A stretch of 63,664 bases of DNA, filler included, from Globobulimina sp. (Eukaryota): the NCBI GenBank assembly GCA_003354225.1. It is 46 parts of 46 records of this genome, joined end to end, with 100 filler letters (N's around TTAATTAATTAA, not from the genome) between each part and the next. Parts side by side here need not be neighbours in the genome. Positions count along the whole stretch, not along the records: positions 37,445 to 38,730 come from PIVH01019410.1; positions 38,831 to 40,116 come from PIVH01019411.1; positions 40,217 to 41,502 come from PIVH01019412.1; positions 41,603 to 42,888 come from PIVH01019413.1; positions 42,989 to 44,274 come from PIVH01019414.1; positions 44,375 to 45,659 come from PIVH01019415.1; positions 45,760 to 47,044 come from PIVH01019416.1; positions 47,145 to 48,429 come from PIVH01019417.1; 38 more parts are not named here. One strand, 5' to 3'. Positions 37,345 through 50,348 of this stretch are shown piece after piece. Every line of letters begins with the position of its first letter. Within the stretch, counting starts at the first letter, position 1. Made by a program: the position numbers and the translations under genes. Under the pieces are notes generated by a model. The model worked only from the letters and a program-made list of their open reading frames with translations. It was not told where the DNA came from and did no database searches.

Positions 37345-38830
37345 NNNNNNNNNNNNNNNNNNNNNNNNNNNNNNNNNNNNNNNNNNNNTTAATTAATTAA
37401 NNNNNNNNNNNNNNNNNNNNNNNNNNNNNNNNNNNNNNNNNNNNAGCTTTTCAGGGACGCGCTGACAGGAGCACCGGACTTGAAATTTTCCTTCTACCCT
37501 CAGAAGGTCATGTGATCATGATCGGGTCAGGATTGCTAATGCAATCATCGATTTGATGACGGAGCTATACCAATGGCCTTTGACTCAATTAATCTTGATA
37601 TGTAATCTGGAGTATACATATCGTCTTTAGCTATTGTTGGTTCAGTAATTTCACTGAAAAAGACTCCATCTGTTATAGAAAAGAAGAAATTAATGCATCT
37701 CATGCCTTTTGACTTTTTGGAATCTGATAAATCGAAGAATATTTCTTCACAGCCCCAAATCACACAGAAACTTGTATAGAACTGTTCACAAGTTAATTAA
37801 TATGTAATATGTCACATTGGATGTTAGGTGCTAATTGTAATTCATAAATAAAACGATTTTTAAAGAAATATAAGCATGCAATGACTGACACCATGCTGCA
37901 GTAGACGTCAGTTGGAACATTGTCTTTGTGCTGCCTGATGTCCTGTTATGCTACAATGAATAGGGGTCAGGCTAACCTGACAATATGGTCACAAATAGAA
38001 CACAAACATATCGTGTTATTTGAACATATTAAGGTGCCATATTCGTAATATAAATCTACATTGTTAACCCAGTTGACATTAAAAATGATAGCTTAGGTAT
38101 AACTGAATACAAAAACAATAAATGATGAATTATGATCAGATACATTTCGAGATTATTTCTGACTATTCAATATTGTGGGAGGATATTTTTGGAAAATAAA
38201 TTTAAAATTTAAATCATTATTTTATTATCATGAATAGTCACCCATCATAATGTCTCTATATTGAGAAATTTAATCATATTTTTCAGAATAATATTTACTC
38301 AATTTTGATAGCCAACAAGCATGTTAATGCTCCCCATAAATATTAAATGGTCTGCTGACATTTGCAATTGCATGACATCAGCTGCAAGCATTAAATGATG
38401 TTTAGGTACACCTTAACCAATCAGAAGGCAAAAAAATTCTAAAGAATATGTGATGTCAGCTGACACCATATTGAATCTTTGCAACCAAAAATATTAAAAC
38501 TTGCACGGGATGCATATCTATTTTTAGTACTATAATAAAAATGGCCTATTGGCCAAAAGACGTCTGAGCAGATTGTTTATTAACATTAAAAATGTTTCCA
38601 TTATGTTAAATTCCAGTTTGAGAGAATGTAACATTGCTAAACCAACGTTTAAAAATATGAATAAGCATACAATTGACACCATAGAAACAAAGTCCATTGG
38701 CGGAAAGTCACAATATACTCCCCCCCCCCTNNNNNNNNNNNNNNNNNNNNNNNNNNNNNNNNNNNNNNNNNNNNTTAATTAATTAANNNNNNNNNNNNNN
38801 NNNNNNNNNNNNNNNNNNNNNNNNNNNNNN

Positions 38831-40116
38831 TGCCAATTTTCCGTTTGGTGCTATCCTGCGATCGCCATTCCATTATATTCCGATCCGATGTGGTATAGGG
38901 TTTTAGGCCCAACATTTTCTGAATAACTACATTTTGGGTAAACATAATTTTGGCGGTATGCGCCGGAGATCCTGACGTAAATAAAAGCGCTTGCGATCCA
39001 TCTCGATCATCGCGAATACGATCTCTCCAAACTGGGCACACGTCATGTTTTGTGGTATAATCTCCACCGCAGCGACTACATAATTTTAGACTGTGGGCGG
39101 CGCGCAATATTGCTTTTTGATCGATCGACTTATTGTTGTATGTTGCATCAACAATTCTGCCTTGAATTGCTTTCTTTTCCGCGAAATCTCTACATTTAAT
39201 GCCGCCACAGTCCTTTCCCAACACTCTGTGATGTGCACAATAACCAAATGTCGATTTACATACAAAGTTGACATTCGAGGGTGAGGCCTCAACGATATTC
39301 ACCAAACCCGCCGACGTATTAATTTTATTGCTATGGACCATGACTCGAATCTCATGTAAAAATCCATGCGTATCAAGAGGATCAATACCGGTTAGAAATA
39401 ATTTGTTGGCGTCTTTCACTGTCGCTCTACGTACATATTTGTCGCAATCTCCTTTGTTTGAATCCATATAACGGTCTAAAACCACGCTGTCCATATTGAT
39501 GAATAACGATTTGCAGATTTTCTCAATTTTGTTTTCAAAGTCAAAGGGAAATGCATTTACTGGATGGGAGAAGTGGTTGTCTCTGAACTGATTATCGAGG
39601 GAGTAGCTCCAGACCGATGTGTCACAGATTAAGTTGTCTGAAATCACCGAATCATTCATACGAAGTACAAATGCATCATCACTTAACGGGGGAATACAAA
39701 ACAGCGCAAAGAGGCCATTTAAATCAATATCGGTATAAAAATCATTGTGGAATTCACGAACAAAGCTCGCCGCGCCGTAAAAAGTGTTCATGACTTTGCG
39801 ATTGTAGCCATTCACAATTTGCCTTCGTAATACGTCATCATTCACATCGCGAAGCGGTATCCGTCCACCGGGCCGGGATTGTATTTGAATATCAACATCC
39901 ATCCATTTGTAACTTGGCGCTTTTAATTTAATGGAGATTGGCATGGTTTGATACGACATCACACCGAGCAATTCCTGATTTACTTTTAGGTCATATCCGC
40001 GCAACAACGCCACAATGCCGCCATTTGCAGAGAAAGGGTTGAAAATAATGCTTTCATTGCATCCTTTAACGTCGCCCTTTTCTGGGGTCACGTACGATAA
40101 AATATGTCGTACGTCA
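38831..40116 (-). mobile_element. Intronless ORF resembling a non-LTR retrotransposon ORF1 (degenerate zinc knuckles), partial
   Basis: Open over the contig, higher GC than neighbours; CKSTFGYCAHH..GKDC....C and CSRCGG.....HDVCPVW near the C-terminus. Confidence 0.4.
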
Positions 40117-41180
40117 NNNNNNNNNNNNNNNNNNNNNNNNNNNNNNNNNNNNNNNNNNNNTTAATTAATTAANNNNNNNNNNNNNNNNNNNNNNNNNNNN
40201 NNNNNNNNNNNNNNNNGATTAGCAAAGTTTACAAAGAGATGAATGGAGGCTGTGCTTATGATGATGAATATTTTGCATTAAACCAATATGATAATATGAC
40301 AGAAATAGAAAATAAATTAAAAATATGTTTTATAATTATTCGAGATAAAATTTTACCATTTCTCAAAAAACAATCACACACAAAATTGACAGATTATTTG
40401 TGGTTAATGCATTGGAAACTATTTCAACAATTTATAAATATTAAATTAAAAGCATTTATAAAACAGAAATCAGATTTTGTTACTTTTTGTGAAATATATA
40501 ATGGATTTTACAATAATATTTTAAATAAGTTATCAATTGATAGAGATGTACAGCAATTACAAATTAATTCAAATATATTGGTGATAAATAATAATAATAT
40601 TTCAAATGAGTTGTATGGCAAAATCAGATTAAAATGGTTTACAATCAATGATAATATTTGTGAGGAATATTGAGTTTGGTGAAAGATTTTTTTATTATTC
40701 AAATTATTATAAAGAACAAAAAGGAGATAATTTTATATCAAAACCAGTGTCCAATTAATACCACTTTAAGTTTAACAGTGGCTGCACAATTTGCAGAGGA
40801 GGAATTATTTTAGAATTACAACCTGATGGTATGGATAGGATAATACACTCCTTAATACAACTTAAAAATATTTATCTGTTCAACAATATGAGTCTGACTC
40901 ATTTATCACAGATATTAATAATGGAAATAATTCATTAATTCAGAATTATGTTAAACAAAATTATAATAATAATCAATATGAATCATTTAATATTTATCTA
41001 AAACCACATTATAGGTAGCTGTAGTGGTTCAGCTGTATCTAGAACCACATTATGATTGTTCCTATTTATATCTTTAATTATCAACTAATTATACCAATTA
41101 TACGAGTCATTTATAGTTAATTATCATCAATAGAAAATTAAATACGATAATCAATTAGAGAAATCATCATTAGAGAAATC

Positions 41181-41502
41181 ATGCTCAAAACAATCTCGTT
41201 ATTAACCTTAGCATCAATCCATTTGATTAATATCAGTACAGGCGAATCCAGACATTTTATATCAACATACAAAGCACCATTGCAAAAAGACACGTATCAA
41301 GCATATCCAATTGATGTTTGTATAATTTATGAAATTACATTAAATGGACTTACTGGTGTCAGAAACTATGGAAAATATTCATGTAATCAAGATGGCAGTG
41401 TCACTTTTACAGATTATGGTACTTCAAACTGTAAAACATCAGTTGGTTCAACTTCATATTCAAACAGTGCAGCAGATGGTGAAGTAAATGCATTTAATTG
41501 TG
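41181..41502 (+). CDS. Secreted Cys-containing protein, 3'-truncated
   Basis: Signal peptide MLKTISLLTLASIHLINISTG; open to the contig end. Confidence 0.55.
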
Positions 41503-41602
41503 NNNNNNNNNNNNNNNNNNNNNNNNNNNNNNNNNNNNNNNNNNNNTTAATTAATTAANNNNNNNNNNNNNNNNNNNNNNNNNNNNNNNNNNNNNNNNNN
41601 NN

Positions 41603-42888
41603 GGGGATGGCAATAATTTCGAAGAATGGTTACAGCGAGCCAAAATTCTATGTACCGTTATGGGCAATGCTGATTATTTTGCCGAAAATTTGTATTATTT
41701 TTTGGGCGAAATTCCGTTATCGTTCTATTACAAATATTGCGAAGATTATCACGGGGCCGAAAATTTGGATACAACGGCACTTTTGGACAAAATGCGCGAA
41801 ATGTGGGGCAATCGATCTGCTAGTCGCGGAGCACAAGCCGAAAGTTATGAAAATTTGACACAAGGAGCGCTGTCGATAGCCACGTTTGTAAATGTTTTTG
41901 AAATCCGATTTGCTTGTGCTAATCGACGGTTACGAGAAGGGCCAGAAAGAGACGATCGTATGTGTCGCGAATTTTTGAAAAAAGTTAATAAGGCCGATTA
42001 CCAAAAAATTGTAATGTTTATGGCCGGGATGAACGAATATGATTGGAAAACAATGGCTAAACGTATCCGTCGTCACGCCCCTATCATGGAAGGCGCACCC
42101 CCGAATCGATTTCCAGTACATACTGTATCCGCCGAGCGAACGAATTTTGAATCACCACGTGTACAAGCGTGTACAGCAGTACCACCAGCCGCAGTTAAGC
42201 CGACACCCGTCACGGTCGAATCTACAGACCAATTCAATGTGGTAACACAATATTTACAAAGATGTAGTGAAAGTAATAATCCTGTCACGGTCCAAAATTT
42301 AGTCGATCGTTTACAAACATTGCCTGACACGGAGAAATATCGTATCGTTTTGGGATGTTTGGATGCCAGTTTTGGCACGGCTGTTATTCAAACAGGGTTC
42401 GATGCGATGGCATACTTTCCTACAGTCTTTACGACAGTGGTTGTAGAAGCAGAACGTGCACGGATAGCGCAGCGCGAAAAAGGCAGCAGTATTACTCGTG
42501 ACGCAGCGCGAAATTATGCCCAAAACGGGGATCAACAACGACCAAGTCGGGGTGGTCGATTCCAAAGAGGTGGAGGTTTTCGCGGTCGTGGATATTCGTC
42601 TGGGGGTCGAGGACGGTCGTGGGGTCCATTACCACCAGGTCAAGTATGTTATCATTGCGGTAAAGAAGGTCATCGTCGTTACGAATGCCCAGATTGGCTC
42701 CGCGAAAAAGCAACACAAGCACAGGCTTTGGTAATTCAAGCAGAGGTACAATTACAACAAGCAGCTGCAAATGCCAGTGAACAGTCACAGCCGATAGAGC
42801 CAGGGGCTACGGGTAGTATTATCGCCGTGGGGATATTTTCGCAGGGAACCGAAAACGGGGCTAAAAGTCAGTCATCATCTGACACCGA
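41603..42888 (+). mobile_element. Retrotransposon gag with a CCHC zinc knuckle, partial
   Basis: GDGNNFEEWLQR at the start, RGG-rich stretch, CYHCGKEGHRRYEC; intronless and more GC-rich. Confidence 0.8.
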
Positions 42889-42988
42889 NNNNNNNNNNNN
42901 NNNNNNNNNNNNNNNNNNNNNNNNNNNNNNNNTTAATTAATTAANNNNNNNNNNNNNNNNNNNNNNNNNNNNNNNNNNNNNNNNNNNN

Positions 42989-43334
42989 CTCGCATAACAA
43001 TAAGCACAAGCAGCCTCGCTCTCTGCCATGATCACGAAGAAAGATGGCGTCGTTGTATATGCCGAGCATTGGTGGTTGATTGGACATTGGATCTTGGAAT
43101 AAGCGCAAGAGTCGTAGCCGTAGCAATTTATGGAGCAATCTTCATCGGAGTTACATTGTATTGCTTTGTTTTTGTACTGTTAAGTTTGTTTTGTTGATGT
43201 TTGCATCTATATAGATTGTGGATGTACGGTACCTGAGAGATGTTTAAGTCAATTGTTTCCGTATTGGTTGGAGTTATCACCAAATAAATCAATTCAAATA
43301 GCCATAGAAGCAAAGACGACGAAGGCATGATCAA
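42989..43334 (-). pseudogene. Secreted Cys-repeat protein gene, apparently disrupted
   Basis: Signal-peptide exon, then IQCNSDEDCSINCYGYDSCAYSKIQCPINHQC in a frame preceded by a stop. Confidence 0.4.
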
Positions 43335-43539
43335 TGCCTAAAAAAAACAATGAAAAAACTTTGCAGAATTCAACAAACCACACACATCACATCGATCGCT
43401 TGTATGATAGTTACAATTACACTCAATACACTGTAATCTATCTGATCGCGCTGAATATGTCGTGAGAGAGTTGAGAGCTGAGTCTTCTTAGGGGTTGCTC
43501 TTATATTACGCAATATAAATTGGGACCTAGGAACTGCAG

Positions 43540-43642
43540 CACTGCCGACACAACTATTGAGCTTCATTGTGGTGGTCTGACTTCAACTTTTGGAGTTGAT
43601 TGCTGACCACAATAAATTAGCTCAATAGTTGTGTCTGCAGTG
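43540..43642. mobile_element. 103-bp palindromic MITE-like element with CACTG termini, copy 2
   Basis: cactgccgacacaactattgagct ... agctcaatagttgtgtctgcagtg (24-bp arms, one mismatch) with nested inner inverted repeats. Confidence 0.75.
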
Positions 43643-44478
43643 AATGGCAAACTAGCCAGAAAAATTGGGGTAATAATCCACAAACAGAGTACCCAACAGC
43701 ACAAAAGTCCATGACACTTTGTAAACTTTTATACTTCTAAAGTCAGCAAATATGTTTATGGGAAATAATCTATTTAAAGGATATTAGTACTTTTTGTAAA
43801 AAGTTTGTTTGTTTGTTTTGGTTTGTTCGTCAGAAACAAATAAAGTTATTAAATAACCCAAGAAATAAATGAATGGAAAAAACAAAAATCCGAATTGATA
43901 CAAATAAATTCATAAATAAAAATACAGAAATGATTTGAGATCCGCAACAAATGATCTTTTCCTATCATACTTTGAGGGAAATAAAATAAACCATCTCCTC
44001 ACCTCAATATTGCTAGTAATGTGGTGATTATTTAATAGACTCAATTCGGTGGTATATTTCTGTTAACACTATGTCGAGATTTGTGATATTGACATTAATT
44101 TGCGAATTATAATCAAATTGCTGGCCACTCAAATAGTAATAATGCAATCCATTGGCTTGTGCTAATGTATAATATATTGGTCTGTCTCGCTGTGACTGTG
44201 TGTTATGAGTGACATTTCCAAACCAATTATTAAACTCAACCACAAACGATCCAAATTGCACAAAATTCAAATTGNNNNNNNNNNNNNNNNNNNNNNNNNN
44301 NNNNNNNNNNNNNNNNNNTTAATTAATTAANNNNNNNNNNNNNNNNNNNNNNNNNNNNNNNNNNNNNNNNNNNNTGTGATCCCATGACAGTGCGTGTTTG
44401 TTTGTTTGTGTATGATTGATTTAAAAGTGAGATCAGCAACGTTTCTGCCCTTATTTATTTGTTGTCGGAGCTTTTAAT

Positions 44479-45562
44479 CACAACAAGTTGACATACCCAG
44501 TTATATAATCACGAAAATGTTACTTTTTGCCAAATAATTAATTTAATTTTATCTCATTGAATATTGATGATATTGACTTCAAATTTTTTTTGGTAACTTA
44601 TACCACTATTTGGTTTGTCAGGAATTTTTTTTTTTTCTGTTTTGAGTTTCTTATCTAAGATTTTCGAATTTCCAGATCATGTCTGATCAAGCATAGTCAA
44701 CAAATTTTAATCATGTCTTTTGCTAGTCATACTTTCTTTAATCGAAGGAGAATCATCTGCAGAGATGACAGATCGACTTGGTTGGTTAAACAAATCACCC
44801 TGGCCGCAACGAAGCCAAAATAACAATTATAAATTACAGAGAGCCAATATCATGCATTAAATGCGAATATAAAGAAATGCAAAAGCGATTGCAAGTATGT
44901 GTATAGTTATATTTATCCTTGCACTCTGATAAAATGTACGTTTACAGGCACTGCTAAAACATTGTCAAAGAGATGGTTATGGATATTGTGGTGCCGTTGA
45001 GCTTGGCAATACAGCCAAATAAAATAATAATCCTTTAACATAATCCAACAGACTTTGCATTCAATGAGCCATGAATATATATCAAACTTTTATCGCTTTA
45101 CAGTGTTGCGACTATCACTGTCCACAACTGCTGGTCTATAGGGAACACCCGCAGCACTTAATTTTCTCTGTAAATATAATAAAATATGTATATAGTTTTA
45201 TATGTATATAGTTTTTTTATTATTTATCAATGTTAAATATGAATTTTTACTCAACACCATCACCAACGGTCCAACACCGCATACCCATATCCTTTACCCA
45301 AGCCCAGCGTTGCTGTTTCCTTTGCGACATGGTGTTATGTTTAAGATGTTGACTTCAGTTGACTATGCTTGATCATGCTTGATTTGTGAAATCATGGAAA
45401 ACTTGCTCGAAACTAAAAAAAAAAAAATTCACAAGAAACAAGTTGGTAAAAGAACTGCACACACAAAATTTCAGATCGATATCATCAATATTCGATGAGA
45501 TAAAATTAATTTAAATATTTGTGTAAATTACATTATATAACTGGGTATGTCAACTTGTTGTG
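44479..45562. mobile_element. Non-autonomous DNA transposon with ~220-bp imperfect TIRs
   Basis: Outer 31 bp (cacaacaagttgacatacccagttatataat) are perfectly inverted; similarity continues to tgatcaagcatagtcaac; no transposase ORF. Confidence 0.85.
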
Positions 45563-45759
45563 CCAACACTTTCTAACATATACCTTTACAATTAATCCAC
45601 ATTATATCCAGCGTACCACCGGACAAACTTTGCCGATCCAGGTTTTTTGCTATCAGAATNNNNNNNNNNNNNNNNNNNNNNNNNNNNNNNNNNNNNNNNN
45701 NNNTTAATTAATTAANNNNNNNNNNNNNNNNNNNNNNNNNNNNNNNNNNNNNNNNNNNN

Positions 45760-46688
45760 CATAATCCCGCGTTTTGTTAAATAATTCATCATAGGAACAG
45801 CCCACTGGATGCACATCGCGATGCGTTTCGTGCCAAATGCCAGGCTAATTTGTGCGTGTATATGTATTTGTATTTATATATAAGGAAACTACTTAATTTT
45901 ATTTAACTTCGTTATCAATTCCAAAAACAACTGCTTTTGGGCCATATGTCTGTAGGATTGCAGTGGTCCAACTGGCTGCGTCTTGAGGCGTAGTTGGTAT
46001 GTCTGCATCGCTAAAATCGTTACCAACTACGTGCGAGTTATTGAGCCAAGTCCCACTTCCGGCGTCCTTGGCACACCAGGTACAATCTGGAGGTTGGTTC
46101 GTGCTGTTTTTATTATAATTATATTGTGGTTGGTTGGTAAAAGAATTTCGCAGACCATTCATTGGCTGTTTGTGCGCCATATTTGGAAACTGAATAACTC
46201 CAACTTTTATCTCTTGATTTAGCGACCCAACCAAGCGCCGGAATCTGTATAAAAAGGTCAGCTCCGGATTTTACTGTGGCATCACATTGCTGCTGCCCTT
46301 AAAAATTAGCACAAAGAAAAAGCGAGTATATGTGTTAATATTTAAATTATAAATAGCTAACATGTAAATCCTTCGCCCTGACTAATAAAATACCAGTCTT
46401 TGCATGAATTCAATGCATTAATTTGCCAATTAAATCGTGATTGAGTTTCCCCTCCATTTCGAAGAATGGTATAACCCGCAGTAAAATCTAAATCATTTCC
46501 TTGAGTCCACAAATTCATTCCAAATACCTTTATCACACAGTTGCAATTGCATTATTTAGATGACATATATTGCATTAACGTACATATTTATCAACAATAT
46601 TCGTTGTATGGTCAAGTTGAACATCAATAGTTACTGATTTCGAATAAATAGTGGTAATAATTAATCCCAACAAAGCTAACTGAAGCAT
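45760..46688 (-). CDS. Glycoside hydrolase family 44 endoglucanase-like protein, secreted, 3'-truncated; introns 46528-46583, 46298-46361, 46104-46155, 45845-45907
   Basis: Spliced product: signal peptide, KYVFGMN, LRNGGETQSRFNWQINALNSCKDWYF, QIPALGWVAK, SYSVSKYGAQ, DAGSG, IDNEPGIWHETHRDVHP..CSYDEL. Confidence 0.88.
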
Positions 46689-46875
46689 GTAGACTTGTAG
46701 TGAGCCCAAAGAATACTCAAATATTCAACAAAACATCTTTGAAATTTCCATCACAACCTTACATTTTATATTTTGTATGCATCCGATCCAATGTATATTT
46801 TGTAATTAATTATGAGTTATTATTTATATAATTATTAAAAAAACAAGAAAATTTAGGTTTCTTTGCATTATTGGA

Positions 46876-47044
46876 ATGGCATCAGGTGTCTTAGCAGTAT
46901 TGTTATGTGTTCAAGTGCATTACGTATATGGCAAATTATTATATCACGTAACAAGCAAATCCAGAGGTGAGCAAATCCGAAGTTCAAACACAATGATACC
47001 GGGAACTGTTGGTAGCTTCGGTGGTGGGATATATTTCACAGATC
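46876..47044 (+). CDS. Secreted PARP/ADP-ribosyltransferase-like (Gig2-like) protein, N-terminal fragment
   Basis: Signal peptide, then LYHVTS....QI.....M.PG..GSFGGGIYFTD. Confidence 0.6.
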
Positions 47045-47144
47045 NNNNNNNNNNNNNNNNNNNNNNNNNNNNNNNNNNNNNNNNNNNNTTAATTAATTAA
47101 NNNNNNNNNNNNNNNNNNNNNNNNNNNNNNNNNNNNNNNNNNNN

Positions 47145-48429
47145 TTTATATCCTTTTTTATCAAATTCGGCATGTTCTGACCTTATATCTTTCTGTTTGT
47201 TATCGAAACAGCATGACGAGCATTGACTGTTGTGGTTGTAAAAAAATGCAAATGCATGATAGCTATGAATATATTACTGTGTGTCAGGATCCATCTGCAA
47301 TAAACCCAGTCCTTCCACTACAAAGCGCATAAAAGTACCATTTATGGCCAAGGTCAATGCTACAATGCCTGCGACATGAAACATTGTTTGATCCTGATAT
47401 TTAACCAAATGTATCACTGAATCGGCCACACTCAATTTAACAATCAAAGCCAACGACAAACTAATAACACCCCTCAAACCCGCAAAAGTTAACACAATGC
47501 ACTCTTGGAATGAAATTTCATAGCCACTTTTGCGTAATGGATACCAAAGAATCATAATGGTCAGAAATCGCGCAATATGAATGATTATATATAATAATAT
47601 TAACCAACCAATATCTGCTTCGGTTATTACGTCTGTTTCTGAGCCGCTTACTGTTAATCGATCGTCGTCAATGATGCCCAAAACAACAATAATACCACCA
47701 AACACAAAAATTAATGTGTTAGCAATATAGGACACAACCTCCCAAAAATGATGCAAAGACTGTTCAACTGCGGGCGAGATTGCTGATTTATATTTGCTTA
47801 CAAATAAGCCAAGAAACACTGTTCCTAAAACACCACTCATTTGGTTGCCATTCGCAGCGCCAATATTCTCACAAAACCAAAAACACAAATAACACGCTAT
47901 TAAAGTAATCACTATTTCTACTCTTTCGTCATTAAAAACCAACCGCAGCCATAAAACCACACAGATACCGAATGCTATTCCTTTTTTTGTCAGTTCAGTT
48001 AAATTAATGTATATACATTGAATAAATTATATAGTAAAGTAACAAAGCACCTGTTGCAACGCCACCAAACGTCAATACACAAAGATCTTTAATAATTTCG
48101 CCGCCACCCGGTGGATCGTCGGGGGATACCACAAATTTAATTGCGATGGCAAATAACACAAAGGCAGAGCCATCATTCAATAAACTTTCTCCTTCAATTA
48201 AAGTAGCCAAACGTTTGGAGGCACCTAAATCGCGCAACAAAGCCACCACAGCAACTGGATCAGTGGCGGACACAATGGCGGAGAATGAGATCGCTTCAGA
48301 CCAGGTCCATGCATATGGTAAGCCATAGTGGCAAAATATGGACGTAAATGCTACATTAAATAGTACGCCAGGACCAGCCAATAACAGTGCTTGCAGAAAT
48401 TCGCGACGAATGACATGGAAATCAGTACC
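47145..48429 (-). CDS. CPA1 Na+/H+ antiporter (SOS1/NHX7-like), internal fragment with introns
   Basis: LLAGPGV, SATDPVAVVALL, LIEGESLLNDGSA, SGVL..V.LG, HHFWE..SYIANTLIF, AGLRGVISLSLAL, TLAINGT. Confidence 0.93.
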
Positions 48430-48529
48430 NNNNNNNNNNNNNNNNNNNNNNNNNNNNNNNNNNNNNNNNNNNNTTAATTAATTAANNNNNNNNNNNNNNN
48501 NNNNNNNNNNNNNNNNNNNNNNNNNNNNN

Positions 48530-49240
48530 ATTATTGGAAACATTATTTATAATTTGCCCATTCATTAATTTTACAGAAGTTGGATTATCATTTATTATTT
48601 CAACACACTCTGAAATATTTTCTTTTTTTTCATCAGCTTCCTCTGATTTAAACCATTTACATTTACCATTATATGCAAAGGAAATACTTTGATGACATTT
48701 ATTAATTAAAGACTGATTCTCATGTTTTAATTTGGATATCATTGATTTAGATTTATTATTTTCAGCCACTAATTTTGTATTTTCTTGTATAACTCGCTGT
48801 TTTTCGTTACATTCATTATTTCGGCTTTTTTGCAACGAATTATTATCATTTTTTAATTTAGATATCGTGGATTTATATTTATTATTTTCAGCCACTAATT
48901 TTGTATTTTCTTGAGTAATTTGCTGTTTTTCGTTACTTTCATTATTTCGACTTTTTCTCTCTTTTTCTAATAGTTTTTGCAATGAATTATTCTCATTTTT
49001 TATTTGTAATTGAGTGAATTCTAATTTTTTACATTTTTGCTGTAATTGTTTAATACGAAACTCGTCCTCATCCTCTTTAACATCATATTGTATTTCCGGT
49101 GGTGACTGAGGCTGAAATTGTTCATTTACAATAAATCCAATATTTTGTATTGCCGTTAATAATTTTTTTCTATATTTTTCAATTAATATAAAATCAATTT
49201 TTATCACAGATTTATTATTTTCAGCCACTGCGACTTGCAC
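48530..49240 (-). CDS. Coiled-coil protein with ~40-aa internal repeats, partial
   Basis: SRNNE.NEKQ...QENTKLVAENNK.KS.ISKLK repeated twice, also visible in the DNA. Confidence 0.6.
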
Positions 49241-49509
49241 ATTTTTAATATTATCATTTAATATTTTTTTGTTGTTAGCAAATTGTTTAATAGCGGCAGT
49301 ATTAACTTAGATCCGAAAGTTATTTTTATAGCGGCAGTATTTATATAATGCAAAAGTTATTTTAGATCCGCATGGTAAACATTCTAACATAAACACGTCT
49401 GAATCGGCTGTCATATCGACTCTTGCCATGATACAAATAAATGCTTTGGTTTGCAGAAAGATGAAAGAAGAAAAACCCTATTACAAATATAAAGACAGCA
49501 GAGCATATC

Positions 49510-49814
49510 ATGCCAAACCCGAATTTAGCAAACTCAACTGATGTACCACAAATCACAGACTCTGATGCATATTATTTAGCATCATTGTATGGTATCAAAT
49601 CGCATATGATATCATTTGTTAAAGCATTGCCATCTTATAATGATCGAGTGTTTCATATTGGAGTATACAAAGAGTTTATGGACGAAGAAAAGTGTATAAT
49701 TCCAATAGTTGTAAAATGTTCCATCGTAAATTCATTTGATAGAATCGATATGCAAATTAAATTTATGAAACGTTTAAATGAGAACAATGTTCCATGCCCC
49801 AAACCAATATTATT
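49510..49814 (+). CDS. Hydroxylysine kinase-like / APH phosphotransferase, N-terminal fragment
   Basis: A..LASLYGI....VKALPSYNDRVFHI...VVK...MQIKFMKRL.ENNVPCPKPI. Confidence 0.65.
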
Positions 49815-50348
49815 NNNNNNNNNNNNNNNNNNNNNNNNNNNNNNNNNNNNNNNNNNNNTTAATTAATTAANNNNNNNNNNNNNNNNNNNNNNNNNNNNNN
49901 NNNNNNNNNNNNNNTGTGGCATACGTACAGGACGTACCTTCCAGGAGTGTTTTTTTTGAATGTGCACAGTGTGTATGAAATATTATAAAATTGAATATAT
50001 TTTACGGATATACTTTGATAAAAATAATATTATTATTATTTTTGTTAACATTCGAATTCGAAACACTTCTGACTCGGATAAAGAATAATTGGTATAACTA
50101 TTGATATGACATTGACTCTGTAATAAAACATTAAAAACAATTAAATAACATTTTGTTTTTGTTAATTATTATTGTTTAAACAACGTATTCGTCTTTTTCG
50201 TGTACTGTTTTTTTTGTTTGAATAAAAATGTTTGAAAAATCCATACACTTTGGTCAGAAATTACGTTATCTCGCAGAACTGCGGCCTATGGCTTATTTCT
50301 AAAAGTCATAAATTTCAAACTAACTTTTTTTCTCTTGTAAAAAAAAGC

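Noticed and set aside
37445..38730. Short ORFs in a largely non-coding contig
   Set aside because: No recognisable motifs or consistent exon structure
36059..42888. pol, ORF1-like and gag contigs lying near each other as one retroelement
   Set aside because: They are separated by spacers and unrelated contigs; proximity comes from length sorting
49290..49370. Duplicated tagcggcagtatt and ttagatccg motifs between divergent genes
   Set aside because: Could be promoter elements, but two short copies cannot be distinguished from a local duplication
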